Shown: positions 36,295 through 47,346 of the stretch, piece after piece
Numbering within the stretch: position 1 is the first letter of the stretch
Layout: each line of letters opens with the position of its first letter
From: Ascoidea asiatica JCM 7603
Lineage: Eukaryota; Fungi; Ascomycota
Assembly (NCBI GenBank): GCA_001600695.1
Contig: BCKQ01000001.1
Coordinates: forward strand, 1,510,171-1,574,170
Direction of reading: 5' to 3'
Length of the DNA: 64,000 nt
Notes under the pieces: generated by a model
The model's input: only the letters and a program-made list of their open reading frames with translations
What the model was told of the DNA's origin: nothing
Databases searched by the model: none
Position numbers and translations under genes: made by a program

Positions 36295-38028
36295 ATGGCT
36301 AGCTCACTTTCTAACGACGCCAATGACATTAAACACTCCAGAGAAGATAAAGCTATAGAGCATAAAGAGTCTATAGAATCCATCAATTCCATAGAATCTA
36401 TAATAATACAGAAACCACAAGAACTACGACAGTATAAAGAAGGTAAAAATCAAGATCAAGAACAAAGAAATTTAAATCCAAATTCAAATTCAAATAGTCT
36501 TAAAATTCCTTCACATTTAAATTTCAATTCAAATCAAAATAAAAATAAAAATAATTTACAATTAAATTCAAAATTAAAAAGTATTAATGATAATTTCACT
36601 GAATCTGATTTCACAAATTTTTTATTAACTCCAACTTTACCATCTTTTAATGATTCAAATGATGATTTAAGTAATGATTTGAGTAATAATTTAAGTTTTG
36701 ACTTAAACAATAACTCAAAGAATAGTTCAAAGAGTAACTTAAATGATATAACTAACTTAAACAATAATTCAAATGATTTAATAATATCTCCTTCAGACTC
36801 AATTCAAATTCAATTACCAGTTAACTTAGTTAAAAGTAATCCAGTTAAAAATACTCTCATAAAGAATACTTCAGTAAAAAATAATTCAATTAAAAATACT
36901 TCAATAATAAATACTTCAATAACAAATAGAACAAGATCAAAAACAAGTTTTTTGAATAAAAATTCGAATAGTAATCATATTAATCATATAAATCATAACT
37001 TCAATCATAATATTAATCATAATATAAACTTTAAATCAAGAAATAGAAAAAATTCATTCTCTTTAGAATATAAATCAATTCAAAGAAAATTCTCAATCTC
37101 CAATTCAAATTCAAATTCAAATTCAAAACTAAAAGATAATTCAAAATTTAAAGATCATAAATTTAAAAAAAAACCAGAATGGAAAAAATTATTATATTTA
37201 AAACAAAATTATCCTGATAATTATACAAATAATTCATTTTTATCTCAATTAAAAAGAAATTCAACAGTTTTAAAATACTCTTATTGGAATTTATTAAATG
37301 ATTTTACTAAAATTACAATCAATTTATCTAATTTATCTCTTGTTTATTTAATTTTTTATATCTTTTATTCAAATAAATTTCAATCTATTAATAATTTTAA
37401 TTATTATAATGATTATTTAGAAATTATTATAACTTTAATTATATCTTTATTCACTCTTTCAATTTATATCTTCTATATTTCTTATAACAATAATAATAAT
37501 AACAAAAATAATATTGTTGAAAATTTTAATTCAAGTTTAATAATCTTATTCACTTTATTATCTTTATCTCCAGTTTTAAAATCTTTATCAATCTCAACTT
37601 CAAATGATTCAATTTGGGCTTTATCTTTTACTTTATCAATTTTAAATTTATTATTATCAATTAAATCTTTTAAAAATTTAAATATTAATATTCTTTTATC
37701 AATCTCAATAATCTTAGCTTCAAGATTAAATTCAAATATTTCTGTATTTTCATTTATTTTCATTTCTTTTCAAATTTTTACAATCTTACCAATTTTTCAA
37801 TCTTGGTTATTCATTAATTTTAAATTTTTAAATAAAATTTTTAATATAATTTATTTCAATTCAATTTCAATTTCAATTTATTTAAATTTAAATTTTAATC
37901 TTGCTTTTCTTTGGTTATTCATTAATTTCATAATCTTATTTATTTCTCCAATTTATTTCCTTTTCTTACAAAAATATAAAAATGAACTTCAAGGTCCTTG
38001 GGATCCTGCAAATCCAATTTTATTATAG
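36295..38028 (+). CDS. GPI2: GPI-GlcNAc transferase subunit PIG-C with a long N-terminal extension
   Basis: WKKLLYLKQNYPDNYT...FL, LSPVLKSL..STSNDSIWALS, LASRL, YKNELQGPWD. Last available upstream ATG is 36295; another in-frame ATG is at 36163. Confidence 0.88.
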   Translation: MASSLSNDANDIKHSREDKAIEHKESIESINSIESIIIQKPQELRQYKEGKNQDQEQRNLNPNSNSNSLKIPSHLNFNSNQNKNKNNLQLNSKLKSINDNFTESDFTNFLLTPTLPSFNDSNDDLSNDLSNNLSFDLNNNSKNSSKSNLNDITNLNNNSNDLIISPSDSIQIQLPVNLVKSNPVKNTLIKNTSVKNNSIKNTSIINTSITNRTRSKTSFLNKNSNSNHINHINHNFNHNINHNINFKSRNRKNSFSLEYKSIQRKFSISNSNSNSNSKLKDNSKFKDHKFKKKPEWKKLLYLKQNYPDNYTNNSFLSQLKRNSTVLKYSYWNLLNDFTKITINLSNLSLVYLIFYIFYSNKFQSINNFNYYNDYLEIIITLIISLFTLSIYIFYISYNNNNNNKNNIVENFNSSLIILFTLLSLSPVLKSLSISTSNDSIWALSFTLSILNLLLSIKSFKNLNINILLSISIILASRLNSNISVFSFIFISFQIFTILPIFQSWLFINFKFLNKIFNIIYFNSISISIYLNLNFNLAFLWLFINFIILFISPIYFLFLQKYKNELQGPWDPANPILL

Positions 38029-38238
38029 GGTAACCCTACATTATATATTAAATACTAAATACAAACTTAATACACTCACTGTATTAAATATATAAAATAC
38101 GAAATATATTAAATGTCAAATATATTAATTACATAAATAAATAAGTAAATAGATATTAATCAATTTATTAATCATTTGATATAGTAACTAAAATAAATAT
38201 ATAAATAATTTTCCAAAACCATTATTAAGTAATTCAAA

Positions 38239-38325
38239 ATGTCAAATCAAAAAAATCAGAAATCTATCAATCCATCAGGTAATCAACAATCCAATATTAA
38301 TAATAATAATAATAACAATAATAAC

Positions 38326-38374
<49 letters not shown>

Positions 38375-41300
38375 TTAACAACAATAGCAATAACAACAAT
38401 AATAATAACAATAATAATAAAAATGGTCCAAATACTGCAAATAATTCAAATTCAAATAGAAATCAGAGAGGTTCTCAATTTTCTCCTTCTGATTTAAATA
38501 AAATTGTTTTAGAATATTTAAATAAAAAAGGTTATAGAAAAACTGAATCAATGTTAAGACTTGAATCTCAAAGACTGTATACTTCAATTCCAAATCCTGT
38601 TAATCCAAATACAACTCCAATTCAAAATCATCCTCCAAATCCATCTATTCCAATTCAAGCTCAAAAATCTTCAACTACCATAAATAATAATACTAATAAT
38701 AATAATATAAATTCAAATTCAAATTCAAATCAAAATAATAATAATACTAATGGTAATGGAATTATAAATAAATCTACACCTTCAAATACAAATACACCAA
38801 CACCTACAACTAATACTTCAACTCCAACTCCAACTGCAAATATAAATACGAATGGAAGTACAAATACAAATATAAATGGAAATATTAATGGAAATGCTAA
38901 TCCAAATTCAACAATATCTTCAAATATTCCAAACAATACTTCCATTTCTAATAATAACGTTAATAAAATTAATACCGATAGCTCTACAACTAATACAAAT
39001 AACTCAAATAATGTAAATAATTCAAACAATACAACTAATATAAATAATAATACAAATAATGTAAATCAACGTCCGATTTCAAACCAATCAAATATGCTTA
39101 ATTCTTCAAATAATCGAAATATTCAAAATACTCAGAATATTCAAAAAAAAGATCCCAATTCATTATTAGACAAATTTAATATAGATAAAGTTGATCCATA
39201 TTTATATGATAGAGCTTATAGATTATTAAAAAATTGGGTAGAAACTTCTCTTGATATTTATAGACCTGAATTAAATAAAATTTTATATCCTTTATTCATT
39301 CATTGTTTTTTAGATTTAATTGAAAAAAATGAAAGTGATAATGCAAAACTTTTTTTTAATAATTTCAAAAATGATCATTTAATTTTACATAAATCTGAAA
39401 TATTAAAATTAAATCCTATTTATTTGATTGAACATTTAAATAATAATCCATTAGCAAAAGCTTTTAAAAATTTGAAATATAAATTATCTTTATCTAAAAA
39501 TTCTTTATATTTATTATTATATTTCTTACATGAAAATGAATCTGTTGGTGGTGGTTTATTAATTAGATTAATAAATCAATATTTAGAATTTTCCTCAAAT
39601 AATAATTCTTTTCTATCAAATATTAATTTAAATCTATCTGATTTCTCGAATAATAAATTAGATTCTTCTTTAACTGAAAATTTAAATTTACAATCACATT
39701 TAAATCCAAAAGAAGGCTTACCAGGCTATTCAACAATTAATGAGTTAAATAAATTTAATCAACAAGAGGTTAAATTAGGTAATTATCCTATGGAAAATGA
39801 TTTTGCTCAAGAAATTGAAGCTGATTTGAAAGATCAAGATGAAAAAGAAGCTAATAAATTAGCTCAAAATAATAAAGCTTCAACCAGAATTACTTTATTT
39901 GAACAATTTCAAAAAATGAAAAAAGAAAATGTAATCACTGTTCTTGATGCTCCTAAAAAAGATGGTGAAAAAACGACCAAAAATACAAATAATAATAACA
40001 ATAATACTAGTACTAATAATATTACTAGTAATGCTAATAATAATAATAGTAATAATAATAATGATAATATAAATAATAACGCACCAAATAATTTGAATAC
40101 CAATACAAACAATATTCCAACTTCTTCTAAACCTGATATATCAAAAATGCATACACCTTCTTCTCCTACAAATGTACCGTTAATTTCTCCTGCAAAAAAT
40201 ACTTTACCATTACCACAAAAATCGTTTTTTGATCTTAAAAGAGAATTACTAAAAGTTCAAGATGCAAGAACCAGAATTCACTTAGGGGCTCAACAAGCTT
40301 CTGCACCTAGTGTTTGTATGTATACTTTTCATAATACTAATGATTCATTAACATGCTTAGAATTTAATGAAAATTGTAATTTGATTGCAGGTGGATTTGA
40401 AGATAGTTATATTCAATTGTGGTCATTAGATGGGTCCTACTTAAAATCAGTTGTTAAAAACGATAAATATAACGAAGATTACTCAAGAAAATTGGTTGGT
40501 CATAGTGATACTGTTTATGGATTATCTTTTAGTCCAGATAATAGATATCTCTTATCAGCTTCAAGTGATAAAACTACAAGATTATGGTCTTTAGATACAT
40601 ATACTTCATTAGTTTCATATAAAGGCCATCTTGAACCTATATGGGATGTTAAATTTAGTCCATTTGGGCATTATTTTGCAACAGCTTCTCACGATCAAAC
40701 TGCAGCATTATGGAGTTGTGATCATATTTATCCATTAAGAATTTTTGCAGGACATTTAGATGATGTTGATTGTGTTGAATTTCATCCAAATTCTACTTAC
40801 ATATTCACTGGTTCAAGTGATAAATCTGTAAGAGCTTGGGATGTGGCGTCGGGTAATTGTGTAAGAGTCTTTTTAGGCCATAGTGCGGGTATAAGCTGTA
40901 TGGCTCCATCTCCAGATGGAAGATGGTTAGCAACTGCTGGATATGATTCTCTAATAATTCTTTGGGATATTGGTACCGGAAAAAGAATAAAGGTTATGAG
41001 AGGACATGGAACCTCAACATCCATTAACTCATTATCTTTCTCAAGAGAAGGAAATGTTCTTGTTAGTGGTGGAAATGATAATTCAGTGAGAGTATGGGAT
41101 GTTAAAATGGGAACTGCAGAATCAAATTCTGAACCTGAGAAATTTCATCTTAAGGGTGACTTCACAACAGCTACTCAATCATTAGATAAAATTGGCGGAT
41201 TAGGAAATAAACTAAATCTCACATCGAAAAAGGACTCTATTATGGGAAACAAAAATGAGGCTACTGAAAAACGTCGTAAAGAAGTAGTAACAACCTTTGA

Positions 41301-41397
41301 TCATATGGCTCCTTTTTTTACCAAAAACACCCCAGTTTATAAAGTTAAATTTACTAGACGAAACTTATGTCTATCTGCTGGCGCATTTAGAGGGTAA
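38239..41397 (+). CDS. TAF5: TFIID/SAGA subunit Taf5
   Basis: LisH (DLNKIVLEYLNKKGY..TE), NTD2 (LYPLFIHCFLDL), PSVCMYTF, WD40 repeats, TPVYKVKFTRRNL. Confidence 0.96.
38298..38420 (+). repeat. (AAT/AAC)n poly-Asn tract in TAF5
   Basis: About 40 near-consecutive Asn codons. Confidence 0.95.
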
Positions 41398-41631
41398 ATA
41401 ATTTGGTTTTGAATAATCATTTATTATTTATTACTTTTCAAAATAATTTTTTTTGATGAAAAATTTGAAAAGCTTATGTATTTTTATCGTTAAATTAATT
41501 TCTAACATGTATTTTATCTCTTTTAGTTATTTCAAAACATAAAATTACATAAAATTTAAAAACAATGTTTCGAATTGAGTCGATTCAAAGATATAAACTA
41601 TAAAATTTGAGAGATTATATTCTTAACTCAA

Positions 41632-42662
41632 TCAATCATCACCACGACTTCTAGGTTTCTTTTTTTCCGCTTCTATTTTCTTTTCTTCTTCAATTTTGTT
41701 AACGTAAGCTGCAACAGTAGCATTATCTAATCTTTCATATTTATCAGGTCTCATCACAGCAATCTCAATGTTTTTAGCACCTGTTTGTACAACTTCTAAA
41801 AGACTTCTAATTGCTAAAGAAACAGTTGCTTCTTCATCCATATCAGCTTTGTGATTTTTTTCTAGAAATTCACGAACAGTTTTACTACTTCTACCTATAG
41901 CATTAGCTTTCCAAGCTGAATATATTCCAGAAGGTTCAGTTTCATATAATCTTGGAGTTTTATCATTACTATCAAAACCTGCAATTAAGGTGGCAATACC
42001 AAATGGTCTAACACCACCGGATTGAGTATATCTTTGTTGAACACCAGCAACATATTTAGTCAAATATTCAATTGTAACAGGATCCTCTAAATTTAATTTA
42101 TGTGATTGAGCTTCGACTCTTGCTTTATCGATTAAAATTCTTGAATCCGCATTTAAACCAGCATAAGTCAATAAAACATGATTATCAATCTTATTAATTT
42201 TACTTGGAGTTGTACGAGGATCTTGTAATTTTAAAGTACTTCTTCTTTCACAACCTAAAACAACGACGGAACTTCCTTTGACACCAACTGCACAGGTTCC
42301 TCTTTTGACAGCTTCTGAAGCATATTCAACCTCTTTAAATTAATAAAAATAAAAGTTAGTAAATTAAATCAAAAAGTTAACAATTGAGTTCTATTATTTC
42401 TGTTTATTGAAATTATCAATTGGAACATACGAAAAACATGACCATCAGGACTAATTATATATAACTGTTAGTAAATTGAATTGAATTGAAGTAGATTAAA
42501 TTGCTTTGCTATATCTTCTTTTGATCTTCACCAGGTCTGATACAATTTCTGATCAATTATCTTGAACGGTGGCGATGGAACAGAAGCAATTTGAAAAAAA
42601 ATGAATTAAGAACTGAAAAAAACATACCTGAAAATTGATAAAGCACGATCGTAACCACTCAT
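41632..42662 (-). CDS. PRE6: 20S proteasome alpha-4 subunit, 3 exons: 42628-42662, 42431-42450, 41632-42332 (251 aa)
   Basis: Splicing gives [30 protein letters not shown]. Introns 42451-42627 and 42333-42430 both start GTATGT, contain TACTAAC (42467-42473, 42355-42361) and end TAG and AAG respectively. Confidence 0.95.
42568..42575 (+). promoter_or_regulatory. Rpn4/PACE-like element GGTGGCGA inside PRE6 intron 1
   Basis: GGTGGC core in a proteasome gene. None seen in the PRE6 upstream region. Confidence 0.5.
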
Positions 42663-42984
42663 TGCTATTCTTTTATTCTAAATAATAAATAAATTAAACT
42701 GTAATATAAATTCAATTGAATTGTAAAAATATTAATATTCAATTACCGAAAGCGAAGTGGAGTTTAACTATTTCTTAGAATCTGTAAATAAGCATTACTG
42801 ATATTTCTTTATCAAAGCGATTGAGATTCAACAGTACTGAGAGAGCGACGGGTAACGGATCCCACTCAAACATATCAAATATCAAATATCAAATATATCA
42901 AACATTATAACTTTAACGATATTAATTTTTCAGAACTCCAACACATGTTTTAAAGAATACTCAACAAATCAAAAAAAAATAGAA

Positions 42985-44205
42985 ATGGACAATATAATTG
43001 CAGAAAAGAATACCCAGGAGGCGCAGATAAAAGTGGGTAATATAGGTCAAAAACCTACAAGTAATGATGCAAAAGCATCTCCCAAATTTGAGATAATTGA
43101 GGCAGATCCTCCAGAAACAGTTGGGCATTTAGATCCAAGAAATAGAGCGAATTATTTATATCAAGCTTCAAATTTGCTTTTGAATTCAGATCCTACAGCT
43201 GACTTTGACAAAAAAGCAGTATCTGATGATTCATTTAATGCAGTATTGTCAAGATGTTATAACAATAACTTACAATGGATTGTTAAAAAGTCACTTATAA
43301 AAATTTCTCCTTCAATTAAACGAACGATTTGTAAAAAGTGTTTTAGAGCACAAATACCTGGAAAGACATGTAAAATTAGGCTTGTCAATAATAGTAAATT
43401 GAAAACTCCAAATAATGATATATTAACTGTTAAATGTATTTGTCAAAATGGCGAAAAGAGATATCCAATTGGAAAAAATAGATCTTATAAGCTTTTCACT
43501 GAAAGAGAAGATATAGTGTTTCCTGTTATAAATGGAGTCGTAATTAATAAAAACAAAAAGATAAATAAAGACTCAAATAAGAGTCAAAATAAAAACAAAA
43601 TAAAAAATAAAAATAAAAATAACAATAACAATAACAATAAAAATAACAAAAATAAAAGTTGGAAAGATAAAGAAAATTCAAATCAAAATATAAAAGGGAA
43701 GAAATATGATAATCAAAATTCGAATGATAAAATAAATAATGGCAGCCTTGAATTGGATATGAATATATTGATGGGAAACGAACCTTCAAAAGATTTGATA
43801 AAGGATTTGAATAAAACTGAAACTAAAAATAAACACAAAAATCAAATAAGTAATCATATTGTTGAATTGGATATGGATATATTGATGGGAGATGAAATTC
43901 TAAAAGACTTGACAGACGATTCGAATAAACCTGAAACTGAATATAAACAGAAAAATCAAATAAATATCCATAGCCTTGAATTGGATATGGATATATTGAT
44001 GGGAGAGGAGCCTCCAAAGGATTTGATAAAAGATTCAATTAAAACTGAAACTGAATTCAAACAGAAAAATCAAATAAATAACCATAGCCTTGAATTGGAT
44101 ATGGATATATTAATAGGAGACAAACTTCCAAAAAAGGATTTGGACAAAACTGAAACTAAAGATAAAAAGAAAAATTCAAATGAGCTTGTGCTTTCTTTTG
44201 ATTGA
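42985..44205 (+). CDS. RPR2: RNase P subunit Rpr2/Rpp21 family protein with a repetitive C-terminal extension
   Basis: RANYLYQAS, ISPSIKRTICKKC...IPG, C.C zinc ribbon. Confidence 0.85.
   Translation: MDNIIAEKNTQEAQIKVGNIGQKPTSNDAKASPKFEIIEADPPETVGHLDPRNRANYLYQASNLLLNSDPTADFDKKAVSDDSFNAVLSRCYNNNLQWIVKKSLIKISPSIKRTICKKCFRAQIPGKTCKIRLVNNSKLKTPNNDILTVKCICQNGEKRYPIGKNRSYKLFTEREDIVFPVINGVVINKNKKINKDSNKSQNKNKIKNKNKNNNNNNNKNNKNKSWKDKENSNQNIKGKKYDNQNSNDKINNGSLELDMNILMGNEPSKDLIKDLNKTETKNKHKNQISNHIVELDMDILMGDEILKDLTDDSNKPETEYKQKNQINIHSLELDMDILMGEEPPKDLIKDSIKTETEFKQKNQINNHSLELDMDILIGDKLPKKDLDKTETKDKKKNSNELVLSFD
43732..44175 (+). repeat. Four coding tandem repeats of 114 bp (38 aa)
   Basis: GAATTGGATAT recurs at 43750, 43864, 43978 and 44092. 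Confidence 0.95.
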
Positions 44206-44325
44206 AATTTCTATAGAATTTATATATATTCTCTCTTTAGCTTTATAGACAGCTTTTTGACGCATCACGATTATTTTATTATTTTAGATATTTTAGATAT
44301 TTTAGATAATAAACTAAGAATAAAT

Positions 44326-45372
44326 TTATGAGAAGTTTCTAGAGATCGCGTTGCTTGTTATCCTTGCAAATTCTTTTGTAGATTTACATGTAGATACAAA
44401 ACTATGTTTAATTGATTCGTCCTTTGATATATCAATGTAAATATTATTACTATTTTTAATATCCTCACTATTTTTTTTAGTATCATAATATCTTGAAAGA
44501 ATTAAATCTCTTGTCTCATTTGAGACCCAATGATCTTTTTTAGCGAAAAAAAGCCATATTTTTTTAATATCCAAATCTTCAAAAAAATCATCATTGAATT
44601 CTTTATCAAATTTTATTTCATTCATTTCTTCTTTAGCTAATTCTAATGCTTCTTTAACATAAAATGGATTTGTAATTAGATTGATTGAATTTGTTTTAAA
44701 AGATGCAGAAGTTTTAACTGATGTAAATTGCAAAATCAATTTTATTATCCAAATTGGTATCAGATTACTTATAAAAGAACTTAGGCTTGAGATATAAGTT
44801 GGAAAATTTGGTAAGAAAGATAAAATTGTTGATAATTTTGAACCATTTTCTGATTTTGAAATATCTATGATTGTTGGAGTTATTAAACCAACAAATTTTA
44901 TTGAATAACTTGATTTTAATTCTGAAATCATTCTTTGAATGATATATGCACCAACTGAATGACCTAAAATATATAAACCTCTTTTATTTTTATTCTTATT
45001 TTTAGATTTTTTTTTGTTTTTGTTTTCTTCTTTGAATATCTCATTTATTATATCAATTTTATGTTTAATTTGATAATCTAGATCAAAATACTGATACTCA
45101 TGATTAATACTCTCATTGATATTTATGTCTTCATAATTTTTTCTTTTTTTACAATCTTCAATATTACTAAAACCAGCTTGAGAAATACCTAAGATTTCAA
45201 AATTTAATAATTTTTCAGAAATCTCATTTAAATAATCTTCATAAAATTCAATTAAACCTGGATTTCCTGGGATGAAAACTAATAATGGATTATTTGAATC
45301 TAATGGAGTTACTTTGGGTTTTATTTGATAAATGCTTGTATAAATTGAATCAAAAACTAAGCCAGAATACAT
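44326..45372 (-). CDS. Lipid droplet-associated alpha/beta hydrolase (LDAH / YPR147C-like)
   Basis: FIPGNPGLIEFY, GHSVG nucleophile elbow, DHWV, HSF. Confidence 0.88.
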   Translation of the reverse strand: MYSGLVFDSIYTSIYQIKPKVTPLDSNNPLLVFIPGNPGLIEFYEDYLNEISEKLLNFEILGISQAGFSNIEDCKKRKNYEDININESINHEYQYFDLDYQIKHKIDIINEIFKEENKNKKKSKNKNKNKRGLYILGHSVGAYIIQRMISELKSSYSIKFVGLITPTIIDISKSENGSKLSTILSFLPNFPTYISSLSSFISNLIPIWIIKLILQFTSVKTSASFKTNSINLITNPFYVKEALELAKEEMNEIKFDKEFNDDFFEDLDIKKIWLFFAKKDHWVSNETRDLILSRYYDTKKNSEDIKNSNNIYIDISKDESIKHSFVSTCKSTKEFARITSNAISRNFS

Positions 45373-45768
45373 TTTCTATTTCAATAATCTTTTTTACAAA
45401 TTAAAATAATTCAAGTATTTTAAATATACTTAAATTATAAATTATAGATTATATCAGATTCTACTAAATCATTATAAATTAAAATATAATATTAGATCAA
45501 TTCATGAAAATATGTTTTCTCGTCGAGTAAGAAGTCAAGATTTAACTAAATTTGAAAAATATTTCGTCAAAGGTAAGTTAACGTTACCGCGATAAAACTT
45601 TTTGCTACGCTTCTACATTGGCTTCTACATTGGGATAATATTAAAGATTTGGTTTCTTAAGTATTTTTTTACACCAAAGATAACAATTCTTGACTATTAT
45701 GTAAATTAAAAGTCCTTAAATTTAAAGCCATATATATAATTTTTTTTAACATCTGTGATTTGAGGTTT

Positions 45769-46527
45769 TTATTTTTTCTGACCTTGTGCAGCAACTGCAG
45801 CAGCACCAGCGGCTGCTGCTTCAGGATCTAAATAGTAAGGAGCCTTTACTGGTTTCAAGTTATCATCAAGCTCAAACACCAAAGGAATTCCAGTTGGAAT
45901 ATTGATTTCAGAAATCTCTTCAGAAGATATTCCTGTTAAATGTTTATATAAACCTCGCAAAGAGTTTCCATGAGCTACCACTAATACAGTTTTATTTAAT
46001 AGCAATTCTTTTGAAATTTCGTCTTGCCAATATGGTAGCATTCTTTTAATAACTAATTTCAAAGATTCAGTTTTTGGTATAATTTGAGGATCAATACCAA
46101 AATATCTTTCATCATTAGATTGACTAAATTCATTATCATCCGAAATTGGAGGTGGTGGAATATTATAGGATCTTCTATATGTTTTAAATAAATCAGCGCC
46201 AAATTTTTTCAATGCTTCAGATTTATCTTTACCTTGTAAATCTCCATAATGCCTTTCATTTAATCTCCAAGATCTTTTAACATCTAGAAATAATCTATCT
46301 GAAGCTTCTAATAAAATATTTGCGGTTTGAATGGCTCTTGATAATTTCGAAGTAAATAAAATATCTGGTTTTAATCCAGATTCTTTTAATAGAATTCCTC
46401 CATTTCTTGCTTCTTTTTTACCCTTTTCAGTTAACTTAACATCAACCCAACCTGTAAATAAATTTTTTTCATTCCATTCACTTTGTCCATGACGAACTAA
46501 AATTAGTTTTTTGGTTTCAAATGGCAT
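45769..46527 (-). CDS. GPM1: Cofactor-dependent phosphoglycerate mutase
   Basis: LVRHGQSEWNEKNLFTGWVDV, LNERHYG, AHGNSLR, AAAVAAQG tail. Confidence 0.95.
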   Translation of the reverse strand: MPFETKKLILVRHGQSEWNEKNLFTGWVDVKLTEKGKKEARNGGILLKESGLKPDILFTSKLSRAIQTANILLEASDRLFLDVKRSWRLNERHYGDLQGKDKSEALKKFGADLFKTYRRSYNIPPPPISDDNEFSQSNDERYFGIDPQIIPKTESLKLVIKRMLPYWQDEISKELLLNKTVLVVAHGNSLRGLYKHLTGISSEEISEINIPTGIPLVFELDDNLKPVKAPYYLDPEAAAAGAAAVAAQGQKK

Positions 46528-47346
46528 TTTTATTAATAGTTTTTTTGGTTAGATTTTTAAATTCGGTTCTATATTGAAATTAGATTTGGAATTAAAGTGA
46601 AATTAATAAGAATTTTAAATCAAATCATTTTGAAGCATATTTATATTTTACTTGATTATTTTTGAGCATTTTCGAAAAGATGAATTATTCTAAATAATTT
46701 TGGCTCCATAAAAAAATGAAAAGCTACTAACTATGATAAATAAGATAATAGCCAATCAGCAAGATATTTTCAGACAGTTCCAGTAAGTTCCGAACATATT
46801 CTAAAGTAAAAACAAAAGAGTTTGATTTGATATTCTAAATTGATTATTATTATTATTTTTATTATTATTATTTGCAGTAATTTTATTATTATTTATCTGA
46901 ATATTATGAATGTAATTCAATGTTGGTGTTTATTGATTGGTATTTCAATTTAGCTTTCCCCGGGGTCTGTGAACAAATAAAGAATACGGTTGAAAGAATT
47001 AAAAAAGGATTTTAGAGGAAGTTTAAATAAAGAAAAAATAATAATCTACTATGTTTTTCGTTAAAAAATGAAAAATCAATTAACCACAGGCTACATTCTA
47101 TTACAAAATACAGAAAATGATTCCAAAAAAGAGTTTTTTATTATAAGTGAATAGAAAAAGTTAATAGATAAGAAACAAAAGTAAATATAAAAAAAGTAAA
47201 AAAGTTTTTAGTAAAAAAGAAAAAGAGTTATAAGTTTTTTCATATATTTTTTTGTATTTTATGAATTTTTTTTTGGGGTTTTATGATTTTGGGAATTTAT
47301 TAGGAGTTTTTTGGATATGTTTATTTAGTTATTCTTTTTCTTTTTA

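Noticed and set aside
43732-44175. CRISPR-like repeat-spacer array
   Set aside because: Eukaryotic DNA; the spacers are homologous to each other and the whole array is in-frame coding.
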